Source of the DNA: Mytilus trossulus | Lineage: Eukaryota | Reading direction: 5' to 3' | Assembly (NCBI RefSeq): GCF_036588685.1 | Contig: NC_086381.1 | Span: 18,352,001-18,416,000, forward strand | DNA length: 64,000 nt | Shown here: in pieces, positions 38,001-53,000 of the stretch | Layout of the letters: every line of letters begins with the position of its first letter | Position numbering within the stretch: the first letter of the stretch is position 1 | The notes under the pieces: model-generated | The model's database searches: none | What the model was told of the DNA's origin: nothing | The model's input: only the letters and a program-made list of their open reading frames with translations | Made by a program: the position numbers and the translations under genes

Positions 38001-41000
38001 TGGAAAGACAAAAACTTGGATTTTTTTTTCAAATTTCAAGATTGGAAAACAATTGAATTTTGATACTGTATTTTGGTCTTTTGACATGATTTTGCCTTGT
38101 GTACAGAGTTTAACTGTTTATTCATAATGTAAAACTAGAATTCCTTATTTTGTTTCTAAATTTTGTCCATTTTCATTCAGTTTAGCGAAAACACACTTTG
38201 TACTAAAAGAAGTGGCTACAATATTTGTAAATTTAGATGACATTGATAATTTCATGATTTTCCGAATTAAAATGTTTTAAACTTCCTATTGTAAAGTTTC
38301 GAAGCCATTGCAAGTCAGTGTTTTTTTGAGGATTTTATCTTTGCATTATAGTTCAATGAATATGATATGGACCTCCTCGTTATTCTGATGCTCATTTAAA
38401 GATTGTAGTTATGTTTCTAAACTTCTTGTCGACAAACTGCATAAACCTGATAACCCCATTTCGTCTTGCTTCGGCATTACAATTACACCATGAGTTTGGC
38501 TCTAAAAAATTAATTGAAAATCCAAACTCTTACATTTTTTTGTGCATCCATTTCTGAGATACAAAGATATCGGACTAGCAAATTTGGAAATAGACAAAAT
38601 CCAAGACATGTCCTATGTATCTAATGGTATTGCTGTATTTAGAAAAGGTAGTCTTATTATACAGGAAGCAGCAGAACATATAGACTTAAATGCTGAAACA
38701 ATCGATGGTAAAAACACATTTCACTTCATGGCTAGATTTGTATTTCAGTATCAAAACGAATCATTATATGTTGTTGCTAGTCAGAATTCCCTTTAATATG
38801 TGCATTTGGTGGTTTCATTATTTTCAAATTAAGATAATATGAACTTACGACGTGGAAAGAAAGCTTTGTAACAGGTGCTTTTATTAATGTCCATGCTGAA
38901 TCTAGGTGAAGATGGTCCTAAAATATATATGTATTTTATACCAAAATGACATTGACTGTTATTGGATAATATAAAAAAGAAGATGTGGTATGATTGCCAA
39001 TGAGACAACTATCCACAAAAGACCAAAATGACACAAACATTAACAATTATAGGTCATCGTACGGCCTTCAACAATGAGCTAAGCCCATACAGCATATCGT
39101 CAGCTATAAAAGGCCCCGATAAGACAATGTAAAACAATTCAAGCGAGAAAACTAACGGCCTTATTAATGTAAAAAAATGAACGAAAAACAAATATGTAAC
39201 ACATAAACAAACGACAACCACTGAATTACAGGCTCCTGACTTGGGACAGGCACATACATAAATAATGTGGTTGGGTTAAACATGTTAGCGGGATCCCAAC
39301 CCTCCCTCTAACCTGGGACAGTGGTATAATAGTACAACATAAGAATTAATGCTCATCAATCATATTTTTCTCCTCAAAATAAGGTCAAATAATTGAAAGA
39401 GTGCCTCCTATCATGTGATGTTGCATCAACCATAACATCTTTGTATAAACCAGACACCACCATTTAGGACAGCCCCTTCCTGGTTGTATCTAATATAAAA
39501 CATCAAATAGTAGTCAAACAGTGTTTATCGATATAAGCACTTTGTTCAGAAAAAAAAATTCTCTGACATGAGTATCAAGATTTTAGTCTGAAACGATAAT
39601 TCGTATGTTCAAGTTCTAATCGACGGAATTTACTGCAAATAAAAAATAGTAAGACTTTTCAGACTTTCAGACGCTGTTGCAATTGATTGTGTGCAGTCTA
39701 AGCAATCAAATTTAATACAACATTTAAGCATTTCAAATTTCAAAATGCTAGTTCTACTTTGTTATTCTGGAAATGTCGGAAAAGTACGGAAAAAATATAT
39801 ATGTTTGTGATGTCATTCGTAATTTGTAAAAAAATAATGAAAACTAGAACAAACCCATTGTATTCGAGTTTTCGTAATTAAGTGTATATATTAATTTGAG
39901 CTCTGAACTTCATGTAATACGTATATATAATTATATAATGGTTTACTTTTATAAATTGTTATTTGAATGGATAGATGTATCATTGGCACTCACACTACAT
40001 TTTCCTATATCTATATCCATATTGTAATGTTTACTGGTACTTTATTAGTAATGTTATCTGTTATCATGCATGATTTGTTATTATAAAACACATGCTAGTA
40101 TTTTGAATATATTAAAACCTTTATATATGGCAAACATTCCCGACTTTTCACATTCTTTGAAGTACTTCCATCTGTTGGTTTGTTCATAGTAACTGTAGTG
40201 TCTTCCTCGTTGACGTAAGGGTACATCCGTTTGCTGGCATCTTTCTGCGCAGATGGATGAGATATAAATTCTTCCATGTTGAATTGATGTCCGAAATGTA
40301 AAGGACTTTCTTTATGATCCCACACTTCGGAAACATAGTCAAGAGCTTTAGTAGCCATTGTTTCCTTGTGAATAAACAATTTGTCTAAAAGTTTTACAGC
40401 ACGCGAGGTAAATTTTCTAAAAATTAAAAAAAAGCTCTAAAGCATTTAAATAAAGTAACGTGAATTATGTTTAAGAAATAATACTATAGTTGATTCATGC
40501 TCATGATGAATACTGCGAAAATTGAGCATGGTTGTGAGGTCTGATCTAGACAATATGATGATATGCTTAGGGATCACAGTTATGAACGAACTTTTATAAC
40601 CGAACTATAGAAGTTTGATACTGATCTTATCTCAATAATATAATTAATTAAGTAAACATTTATAAATGTAAAAACAATATCAGATCTACAACAAATTTGT
40701 ATTTATAGGGATATTATTTACGCCTTCCACTTCTGTAAGTGTCTGTTCTACGTTAGGAGCTTGTAATTCAGTGGTTGTCGTTCGTTCGTTCATGTTTAAC
40801 ATAATTGTTTTTCGTAAATTGTTTTGAAATGAATTGGTTTATCAGTTTTCTCCTTTAATTTTTTTTCACATTTTCATGTCAGGACCTTTAATCGCCGACT
40901 ACATGTTTTATAATTTGTGTTTGTTGATGAAGACCGTACAGTGGCCTATAATTGCTTGCATTCACTCCTTTTGCACTCTGATAGATACATGCTGTAGTTG

Positions 41001-44000
41001 ATTTATTGGCAATCAGACCATATCTCAATATTTTATATATACTTTGAAATTTAACTTGGCCTTTCGATCTTTGAACTGATTCCTTCGATGAAGGAATATT
41101 TCGGTATATTTTTCTAAACAAATATATATTAGTTTTACCTAGAATGTGATAAAATATCAGCTTGAAGTGTTTCCTCAAACAGCTGTTCTGCTTTATCTGC
41201 CATAGCAGAGAGGTAAACGTTTGAGACAAGAGCTGTAACTAAATATTTGACACAAATAAGTTTATTTTTTTTTTTTTTTTTTTACTGAAACGCATTTTGC
41301 GTATCAATATAAATTTATGATTAAACTGTAAATTCGACAATTTTTAAAGCAACTTCTGTTTTATTATACCGACTGCATAATGGAACGACCTTTTGACGTC
41401 TGTAGCGGAACTCGCTTGTTCTCTGTATTGGAATTTTAAGAAAGAAATTATTGTGTGTCTGATAATTTTTCGTTTGAACAACGAAGGCAGACTCTTACTG
41501 TGAATATATTGAGAGATATTGTCGGCTTAAAATCAATTTCCGGGTTTTGTTTGTTTTTGTTTGAGATGTTACGTGTTACAAGAGACTAAAGTGATGTTCG
41601 AAAAGAAAAACAGAAGCAAACTAAAGGCTTTTTTAAAAGGCGTAACATAATTTATCTTTTTTTTCAACCCAGAAACACAGTTAATATATTTTCTAAACTT
41701 AGATTCCGTTGGCTACAACGTTAAAACAATGTTACTCAAATGTAATTCAAATGTTTACATAGGGGTGGACAACATTACAGTTGAATGCATTTCAATTAAC
41801 GAAGAAAAACCTTTTGATTTTGTTCTGATTATTATAAAGCCTTTAAATGTTGCTGTGCACGGACTTTTCATTCATTCTGTTCTGATTATCATAGTTATCT
41901 AGTCTTCTTACTGTATGGAGAATGACATTTTGATTTTGTTCTGATAATTACTTTTTTTTCTTCCTCTACCTTTTTTTTGCAACAAGATTTTTTTTCGAAA
42001 GACGTTTCTCATATATTTATTTTAAGAATAAAGCACCCATAACTTTAAAACACCCACTGTATTAGCATCGATATAACTATTCGATCATATTGAAAATTGA
42101 CCTAGGGTCATAAAATAAAGGTATTTGCTTTTTGATTATAAAATAGAGTTCAGGGTCATAGACACATTTGACCTTGTAGTGTCTGACCTTTGCTATAAGT
42201 TCATATTTATACATGACTAAGCTGCAGGGTATTTTGCATGAGATTGGTAGACCTATATCCGGTTTTGTTCAGTCGGAAGAGATCTTTAAATATCGTTTTA
42301 CGATTTATTAAATGTGAATACAGCACTTCCGTCAAGTTTCTGATATGCACGTTTCGTCAATTTTACAGTTTAGGAGTCTGGAACTACGACGACCTAGAAA
42401 ATGACATTTGTTTAGGTGCCATTTTTCAAACATTAAATCGGGTCCGAGAAAAGGCAAAATTTAACTATCAAAATCGAACATGTTACGTGAGTGCTAGGTT
42501 TTTAAAAAATAAACTGATGTTTATTTCTTCTTCCACGCTGACCAGATTTTTAACTGTTTAGAGCAATCTACGAAACTGGTCAAGTGAAAAGTTTGGATGA
42601 GTCGATTGTTTACAATTTGCAGTCTGTACACACATCACTATATATTGTAATCAGAATATGTGTTTTGACAAGCCCTGATTATTTTAATGTGGATAACGAA
42701 CTTATGGGAGCGTAGACCATTATTGTCACAAAAAACTTAATTGGTTTAATAATTTTCAATCAGAAAAGGGAATTTGCCCATATCCGATTGGTTTTTTTGG
42801 ATAACGTTCCATATAGGGAGCGTAGAACAACAGTGATACTGTTTAGCAGTTGACAAATGCATCACAATCAGAATAGGGATTTTGCCCACAGCTGATGACG
42901 TTTATTTGGTTAACCTTCCATTCAGGGAACATGAACCATATTTATTGAAACAAAATGTGAGCAATGTGAATCACTATAAAATCAAAATTAGAATATTTTG
43001 ACCTTGTAGTGTCTGAACTTTGCTATAAGTTCATATTTATGCATTGGTAAGCTGCAGGGTATTTTGCATGATGTTGGTAGACCTATATCCGGTTTTGTTC
43101 TAAATTGATCCTAAATTAACCGAAAATAGCCATTTACACCGAATACAATGAATAGTACGTACATAAAACCACATTGGTTTAGAATCAGTATGAAAAAATA
43201 GATATTATAGAAAATGAATGTTTTCAAACCCTAAGTTGCAAGTTATTTCAAACAAAAGTAAATAGTACACTATATCATTGGATTAGCTAAAATATGTTTT
43301 TTTGTGTCACCAGACGATTTTCTACCAAAATTGAACAAAAGATGTTTTACTTTTTTTTAATCAATATGAGACACCAGACATACCAATTTTGATTAACATT
43401 TTTTTTTTACCTTGAAGTAAATTTGGAAAGACCTTCGTTTGTTTTTTTACATGTAACTATTCGTTTTTGATTTATATTTTTTTCCAACGTGTTTTTTCTT
43501 GCAAGATGTATCTTATATGTTCAAGTATATGAACACGAACATGTTATACACTTTTGAAACTGACACTGTTCAACCATAAGTGATTGAGACCGCAGGTCTC
43601 TTGATTTGAGGTCATTGGTCCACAGAAGAGAATTTTCATCCAAATGATGACCTTGCTTTTTGACATTTAAATTTAAGTCAAGATTAATGGTAAACACTAT
43701 ATTCTAGATATTGACCTTTGCTTTAAATGCACATTCTATATGTTCAAGCAATGGGTTTTATGTATAAGATTTGTTGGCATATTTTTAAAAGGTACTAAAC
43801 ATGTACCTTTTAAGAAATTTTGAAAACAAAGGCGACTCTTTATAACTCAATGATAGGAACGTCTCACACTGCAATAAATTTATACTAAATTAATATTAAC
43901 AGAAATTGTCTAGAAGATATGTTTTGTATTGAAATATTGCCAAAAATGAAAGTCGACAAGCAAAGAATAAAATCTTACGCATTGGATTATCACTGTTGCT

Positions 44001-47000
44001 CCACAATTCAGCTGCTAGTTGAACATCGTTACCCATAATAGCAACTCTCAGCGACTCAATGACAGGAATTTTCTCCGGTAAGTGCACCAGTGCCTCTTCA
44101 TCAGACTTCTTGGACTTTCTGCAGCAAGTTACCAATCCAAGTTTTGAAAAACAGAGTCCTAAAAATGAAGATTCAACTTTAACAAATTATCGATATAACT
44201 CAACCGTTCACAACTTCACAGGCAGAAGTACCCAAATGAAAGAAAATAAAGGAAAGTGGTTCTTTATTAGATAAAGTTTAATAAATGTGCATAATTTGGT
44301 ATTGTATGTATCTTGTTTACTCGTTTTCCATGAAATAGAACTTCAGGATATCTGTTAACTCTTAAGTAATAGACAAATGCACTAAACAGTCGATTGCGTT
44401 AGTTGCAAATACATGCTGATCCTTTTTGTGCATAAGCATACACCAAATATTTTTCTTACAATGATTACTGGTGTAAATGTGAATTCCGTAACTGCAGTTA
44501 CACATATATCCTAAGATGTTGAACGATGTTTCATTATGTTTTTTGTAGGTTTGTAATAATTATTTTTTATTCTTCTGTATTTCGTTTCCCTTTTTCGAAT
44601 TGCTAAATTTGAAACTGAAATACTCAGGGTTTTTCCTCATTTCTAACGCTGAACGGAGAAATTAGGAATTAAAATAACGCGTTGATATAGGTGACTGAGG
44701 AAGATAAATTGTCGCTGCTATAAGTAACCAAAAATATCAATATCCGTAACTGTATTCCTAAACATTGCGATTCTCGTTTGACCTGCACTTAAAGTCTCTG
44801 GTTATCGTGTATGTTATACATCGTAATTTATATTGTTCTTTAAAATCTTTATAATATTGTCAACATATAAATGTGAGCAGAATAAACACAATACTAAGAA
44901 GAAATGTCAAAAATTGGGGTACAACAGAAAAATATTGTTTAAAAATCTTAATCAAAGTACATGAGCACACAACAAATAAAAGACAAGGGTTTAGAAAGGA
45001 CCATAGGACGATGACAAAATGGTGGGATGTATAAATACCAACGCACGCCAAACAGTGTCCTTCCTCATCTACATCGGTACTACAACTAATTGGTATTTAG
45101 ATTTTCCAAAAAATGCTGTCAGTTATACCGTGAAACTGTTTACTCACGTAGTGGCATTAACCATTTGTTGATTCTAAAACAACTCTCTAGTGCTTAAGAA
45201 AAATTTCACATCTATATCTTTCTTTGCTATAACTTCTATCAAATCGATTTATTATATCGTGATTTTACCACGGGTTGGCCCTTTATGACAAATATTTTAC
45301 CCTGAGCGTTAGCGAGGGGTAAAATATCGGCATAAAGGGACAACCCGTGGTAAAATCTAGATATATTCAAGCCCCCATGAATTATTTCGATTCTAATAGG
45401 ACAAATACGGCAATTCGTTTGGATCAAAGCGCTCTAGGTGGAGGCAAAGATTTGCCGTTCTCATAAATAAACGCACTATTAAATTGACGTAAAATAACGG
45501 AGCAAACTTAATTAGTGAAATGTTTTAACTATTTAAAATAACGTATTTAGATAGTTTTGGATGAATTTAAATGATAATTTACTTATATGTCTAACATGTA
45601 TAAAAAATTAGCTTATAACACATTTTATCATCGTTTGTTTACGTTTTGCATGTTGTGATGATTTTCGGATTCACAAGCGTGAATTTTCTCGTAAAATGCT
45701 TATATTCTTACGTCATCGTTCTATGACGTCGGGTTCCTCATTCATTAAAAAACATATGACGTGGGGGTACAATGGGAACAGCCCATGAAATATATTCATA
45801 TTTTACCACGTGTGTGTACTCAAAGCGTTTGAAGGACGTCATGTTAGAATGGTTTTTATACAACCGTTAGGGGTTACAAATCTTCTTTCAGAAATAATAC
45901 ACAATGCTTTTTTATATAAAAATAGTAGCATACGCATTATATATTTACTTATTTTCCATACGGCAGTTTGTTAATAGAAAACAAAAAGGTAAAAACATGG
46001 TACATAAAAAAACAGTATAATATTGTTATATATCGGCCTATAGTAAATGTTCTGCAACTATTTTTATGTGATTTTAACTATTTCCTAAACTACTATCACT
46101 GAATGTTTCGTAAACTTTTGTGATAAAATATAGGATAAAAGTGGAGTTAACTGTTTTGGGATGTAAAGAAATCTTTGGATGTTCTAGATGAATTGCGTGC
46201 TTTTGATGAACCATTTGATTCTGTTGACAGTTTGATTTTTTCTACGCTTTACACACTTTCACACAATCTTATCAAACATCAGTTTTCCTATTTAATTCAG
46301 TGGTAAATCTGAATCCAAATACATTTGCTGAAACTCACTTAAAGCCTTCTTCTCTAATGAGAAAGGTGCATGTGCTAGATATACCTACTGGAGGTGTGAT
46401 GAGATAACTGAGGCTGTTAATTTTCTCCTTGATAATATTCCTGTACGTTTTGACAACGAATTTTTATCGAAGTTGTTGGTTGTAGATATTCATATGGGCA
46501 CACATTGGACTCATTTTATAACACACTTGTTTTTGTGCTGTTATGAGGTGTATGACCCAACACAGTGAAGGCCTGTCTCAAATGCATTGAATTGATACAT
46601 TCAACAACACTCGTCGTTATCTTGATGATATGTTTTAAATATCGTTAAATAATTTACAATTATCTACAAATACTGCCAAAGTTTACCCAAAGGAATCTAC
46701 TTTAAATAAATAAAAATATGTAGACGATAATCACTTTCCTTTCCTAGATTTAGATATTTCGATTTTACATGGGAAACTTCATACTTATATTAACGACAAA
46801 AGGGACGATTGTTCGTTACCTATTGTTCATTTTCACTATTCAAGTATCTGTTGTGACGTTTTTGATTTATACGAAGATAGTTTATGTATTTTTGTTAAAT
46901 TAATAGCCAAGGGATTTTGTTTCAATAAATCGCTTAAAACCTTTATAAAATTCTTTCATAGAAAATTTGGTTATGAAGTTTAATGTAACTGTAACCAAAA

Positions 47001-50000
47001 CTTATCTAAAACGGGAAATCACCTTCTTTTTTTTTATCAATTCTTTAAGTAAACTTACAATGTCAACACTGAAATTAGATCTTTAAATGTGGTTTTTATT
47101 GGTATTAATATTAACTTTCTTATCAGCAAATTAAAAGAAAACTAAATATTATTGTTTTATACATATGGACATGCATGGCTACTTTTAACACTCACCTTGA
47201 ATGAGTTTATTTGATATGCTCCTTATGGCATCTTGTGTGTCTTTAAAACCTTTTCCTTTGCCATTTGCCAAATATGAAACCGCATCTGGGTGAACATTCT
47301 GGAATTACAAAAGTGGAAGTTTGCTAGTGTAATTGTTTGCAAATATTTTAATTTTTTAATCTTTTAAACTAAACCATAAGGATGATATGCTTCATAATAC
47401 AATGAATACAATTTTGAACATACCACACGTTCGTGTAACTGTATCATTTCAGTTTGATGGTAAAAGTCTTATTGTGAACTTTGTGCAAATTACATATATA
47501 TATTGTTTTTCGGTTATATAATCAATGATTTAACATGTTTAATCCCACGTGGCTGTAGAGAGTTATATTACAAAGTCATCATTATTGTCTGTGTTTTAAT
47601 GTAAGATGTCGTTATTGGTTTCGAGCGTCGTTTGTTTACTGAAATGTGCAAACATCAGTCAAATCTTTTATTGACAATTGCATTACAACATCACAAATTA
47701 AATATTGTTGTTTAAAACTGTCACCCATAAGCCCTTTCCCACCTATATTTTGAACTGTAAATGGTAGGCTTTGAAAGCCGGTAACGTATGATTTGTTTGT
47801 ATTTATTTTGAACAGTTTATGCTTAAAATCCTTTATTCAAGAATCTATCATTCTCGTCCCCTTTTACTGTGAAGAACAAGTTTGCCAATTTATTGGTTTA
47901 TTTATAGACTGTTTCAATGATATATTCACATGTTGAACATTTATAGTAAAACAAAAACAGTGTCGAGGAAGAACAACAAAATTGAAAAATAATGACTTTT
48001 CATGGTTGCTCTTCGATTGTTTTTTATGCCCCACCTACGATAGTAGAGGGGCATTATGTTTTCCGGTCTGTGCGTCCGTCCGTCCGTCTGTTCGTTCGTC
48101 GTACCGTTCGTCCCGCTTCAGGTCAATAAAGTTTTTGGTCAAGGTAGTTTTTGATGAAGCTGAAGTCCAATCCACTTGAAACTTAGTACATATGTTCCTT
48201 ATGATATCATCATCTTTTTAATTTTCAAGCCAAATAAATTATTTTACCCATTTTCCCGGTCCATTGAACATGGAAAATGATTGTGCGAGTGGGGCATCCG
48301 TGTACTTTGGACACATTCTTGTTATCTTTCATTTTCCCTTGGCTATAAACCTGTATGTATTATATTACACAGTATACACTGTAATTCAAGTTTAAGTTAT
48401 TTATCATTCAGAATACTGGAAGTCAGAAAAGTACGTACCTCAAGTAATTTAAATCCGTTCTTGTCATTGCCTGCTGGTGTGCTTATTGGTGACTTCACTA
48501 CCTACAATATAAATGGTTGGAACCACAGCAATATATTTAACATAATGAACAAACAAAATAAGCTTGCAAATGTTGACACATTTTGCCCCCTTTTATTTTC
48601 CCCTATCAATGGTCTAGTAAAAAATCAAAATTAAGTTCAAAATGTTAAAGAAAGATGACACGTTTGTTTATTGGTCATCATTATAAAATAAGGAGAAATA
48701 GTATGATTAAATCATATATAATGATTAAATTAACTGTGTTATGAAGTAATTGTAACCCTTTGAAATTTTTTCTTCGGCTCTGTGAAAAAACAAAAGCATT
48801 CTAAATTATCAAATAATTCCTATGTAAATTTAAATTGAGAAGATGGAATTTTGCGATCGAAACAAGCATGGATCAGTAGTGAATCTGCTGTCTTTTGATG
48901 GTCATGGTACTGTACAGACTGTAGCATTACCGTTTATCTTAATACATAGTTTGACTTACTTTAGTTTGATTTTTTTTTAATTTGTTGACCTAAAAGTGAT
49001 AATCGGTCGTTTGTTTTATACGTAATTGAAGTGTACCTTAAAACATAATTACCTCCTGACATAATGCTGTGAATTGTTGTTTAGATAATGCAAAATGTTC
49101 GTTGCTGCTTAGTATTTGTTTGATTATATCTGTTCTTTTCCCAAGAAAAGCATTTACAAATGTATGCTGAAAACAAAACAAATTAATTCATACATTACTT
49201 TTGATGTGATTCCAAACATTTGGAGGAGCGATGAATAATCCCGACACATTACATATAAAAAAGAAGAGGTGGTATGATTGCCAATGAGACAACTTTCCAC
49301 AAGAGACCAAAATGACATAGATAGGAACAACTACATATCACCGTACGGCCTTCAACAATGAGCAAAGCCCATACCGCATAGTCATCTGTGAAAGGCCTCG
49401 ATAAGACAATGTAAAACAATTCAAACGAGAAATCTAACGGCCTTATTTATATAAAAAAATAAACAAACGAAAACCACTGAATTACAGGCTCCTGACTTGG
49501 GACAGGCACATACATAAATACTGTGGACGGGTTAAACATATTAGCGGGATCTCAACCCTCCCCTTACCTGGGAAAGTGGTATTTATAACAGTAAAATATA
49601 AGAACGAAATATAAAAATCAGTTGAAAAAGGCTCAACTCATCAGATGGAAAGCCTCTTTTGAACAAACCTATTAATCCTTGATGAATATATATCAAGCCT
49701 TATGTTTTTTTTGCCGTCGTTGACGCCTCTAACCAAACTCACTTTGGCCAGGAAAGAAGGACATCGAAGATCTAAACAAGGTTACAAGATCAAAAAAGGC
49801 ATGGACAATCATCTGCTTAAGATGGTATATCTCGTCATTGTCAGAGCTATTAATACCTAACAGAAAGTTAACCGTTGTATATACCAGAAATTTATAGACA
49901 CAATTACTTTCTAACGATAGTGTTGTTGCCTTCTGCTATGCAGTTATGATTCGCCATGTTTTATTCTCACTAAGAACAACTATGTATCACAAAAGGGTAA

Positions 50001-53000
50001 AAAAAAATCGTTAAATTTTCAGATAAAACGAACTTTCTGGTATGTCCAGATTTCATGACCGTATATCACTAGTCCATAGACTAATGACTATTTGTCCTTG
50101 AAAGGCTATTTATTTTTATAAGCTTTAAGCTTTGACGCCATCCTGTGACGTCATAACGTCGAACTATTTTTCAATTGGATTTTGAGAAATAATTTAATGC
50201 TATATATAAACGTCAAGCTGGATTCTCCACTAAACTCGGTAAATTCGACGGACCTGAATATCCGGCCAGATAAAATAAATCAAACATTCTAGAAAACGGG
50301 TCAAATTCTACTGAATTAGTTGCAACAAAGTTGCAATTTATTTTATACTCTCCTAAAGTGAAATAAGTTTAACTTAAAAAAAAACCGGAGAATATTATCG
50401 TCAGCATCGGATCGAATTGCAAATTATTTTATCATTAATTTGGGAAATTATTTGAAATATTTTAACACAAACAAACCCATAGAATATACAAATTTGTGTA
50501 CATGCACACATTTCTAGTCGTTAATTAAACTTTTATTGCTAAATTAGTTCTTAAAGGTGCGAGATACATCTCCTTCACAGTCCATCCCCACAAAAAAATT
50601 GCTTCAGCGTTATGAAGTCACATGGTGCTGTCAAATCAACAACAAAAAATATCCGTTCGAGACGTCATAACTAAGGATTTTCTTGTCCAAGGAATAGATT
50701 ACCTTAGCCGTATTTGGCACAACATTTTGGGATTCTGGATCCGCAATTCTCTTCACTTTGTACTTTATTATGAGCGTCACTAATTAGTCTTATGTAGACG
50801 AAACGCGCGTCTGGCGTACTAAATTATTTACACCACTGGGGCGATGACACTGCTGGTGAACGTTTCGTCCTCGAGGGTATCACCAGCCCAGTAATTAGCA
50901 CTTCGGTGTTGACATGAATATCAATGATGTGGTCATTTTTATAAATTTCCTGTTTACTAAACTTTGAATTTTTCGAAAACTTTAGGATTTTCTTGTCCCA
51001 GGAAGAGATTACCTTGGCCGTATTTAGCACAACTTTTTGGAATTTGGATCATCACTGCTTTTCAACTTTGTTCTTGTTTGGTTTCATAACTATATTGTAT
51101 GAGCGTCACTGATGAGTCTTATGTAGACGATACGCGGGGCTGTCGTACTAAATTATAATCCTGGAACTTTTGATTACTATTATTTGGACTACGTATATTC
51201 AAGTCTTCCTCTTTTAGAGATAAAATAAACACACATCATATCTGTCAATCAACGTATGGTGGTGACCATAAATTGTAGTATATAATTTTTGATTGCAATT
51301 GCTAATTCTGAATAATTTGAAACTGATATAATCCGTATAATGTAAAACGATCGTTTCTTATGAATTGATATACGTATACGCTATGCAATGGAAAGGGTTA
51401 GGTTTCATGGGTATACTTTTGTTGTCGGTTTTATTTAATTACTAGACGTTATAGAATTGACTATGCAATATATTGATATGTGTATATCTCTACCTGAACA
51501 TGCTGAATGTCAGTTGGACTTTTACCCTGTGTTTGCATATCATAGCCACCAAATAATTCCTTCTTCGATAAACTGTCTATTTCAGCGACATACTTAGAAA
51601 TAAAATCTATTTGGCTCAAGTTCATAAGATCTGTTGTCAGAAACGATTCATCTGCAACATAGATCGAACAAAATGATTTTTAACCCACATCTCCATTAAT
51701 TTATACACGTATCAAAATTGGTATAAAAAGCAGCCAACAAAGATTTCTTAAATGACACCGGTTTTAGATATAGCTATGGCCATAATGTATTACTATGTAT
51801 TTAGCTTGTAGTTCCTTAAATATATTTTTCTGATTACCATGTTAATACTTATACACATAAGCGTATATAATCACAACTTATTTTTGAATTATTCACTTTT
51901 CGCTAAGTACCCAGTGACTAATTTGAAACAGATAAACACGACACATTACCATACCTCCTCTTTTTAAATAAATTTAAATGGGCTAAAAATATAATCTTTT
52001 GCCCTTACTTTGATGTTCCAATACGTCATAAATCTATGTATTCGGCCTCAAAAACATATGGTTTGAAATCAGCTGTTCATGGCTATTAAATAAATATATG
52101 GTATATAAAGTTTGCACATGAAGTACAAGACTGTCCTTCCTGGATCATATCGATGACAAATGTTGTGCTATTCGCAGGCAAAAAACTTGTATTCCTAACA
52201 TAGAGCACAAAAGCTGCTAGTCAACCAGAAAATACAGAAAACCACATTGTTAAATTCTCCAGATCAAAAGGGTTTCTACCAAAATATATGCATTTGGGCA
52301 GCAACAAATTGACTATTTAGTTCATTTTTTTGTCGAACATAATAAGTGAAGCTACATGATAACGGAGGTCACAGCATCAATGTCTCACGATGGAGCTATT
52401 AAACGACGGATGGTACAGTGATGACATCATTTGAAATTGTAATTAAGAGTATAAATAACAATTTGTGTTTTGAAAGTGTTATTTTTAAATACGCAACTTT
52501 TGTATAATAGCACCTTTTTTCTCTTCAAATGACCATGCTCGCATTATACCATCGGTTAACTTTTCCCATAGTTCCTTATGACTATTTTTCTTTACATTAA
52601 ATATTGAGATCTGCAACAAAAGTTAAATCATATCAAAGTATGTTCACAAATATGATTCAATTCACATTAGATGGGAAATGACTGCACTGACTTGCAAATA
52701 AACTAATCATAGATATCAGGACTAAATTTTGTATATACGTCAGACGCGCGTTTGGTGTACAAAAGACTCATCAGTGACGTACGAATAAAAAAAAAGTGAA
52801 AAAAGACAAAATAAAGTAAACGTTTTGCTAAATACAGCTAAGGTAATTTAATCTTGAGGTAGAAAAGCCTTAGTATTTCAAAAATTCTATTAAATTTTGT
52901 AAACAGTTAATTTATAAATATAACCATATCAATGATAATTCATGTCAGCACAAACAGGGTTTAAAATAACTAACCATTTACTTATATGAATCATATGGAT

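Noticed and set aside
49743-49856. Open segment with good splice sites in a TRPM intron (GINSSDNDEIYHLKQ...)
   Set aside because: With its gtgagt donor the phase does not fit the next exon, and the gene reads through without it. Cannot be excluded as an alternative exon.
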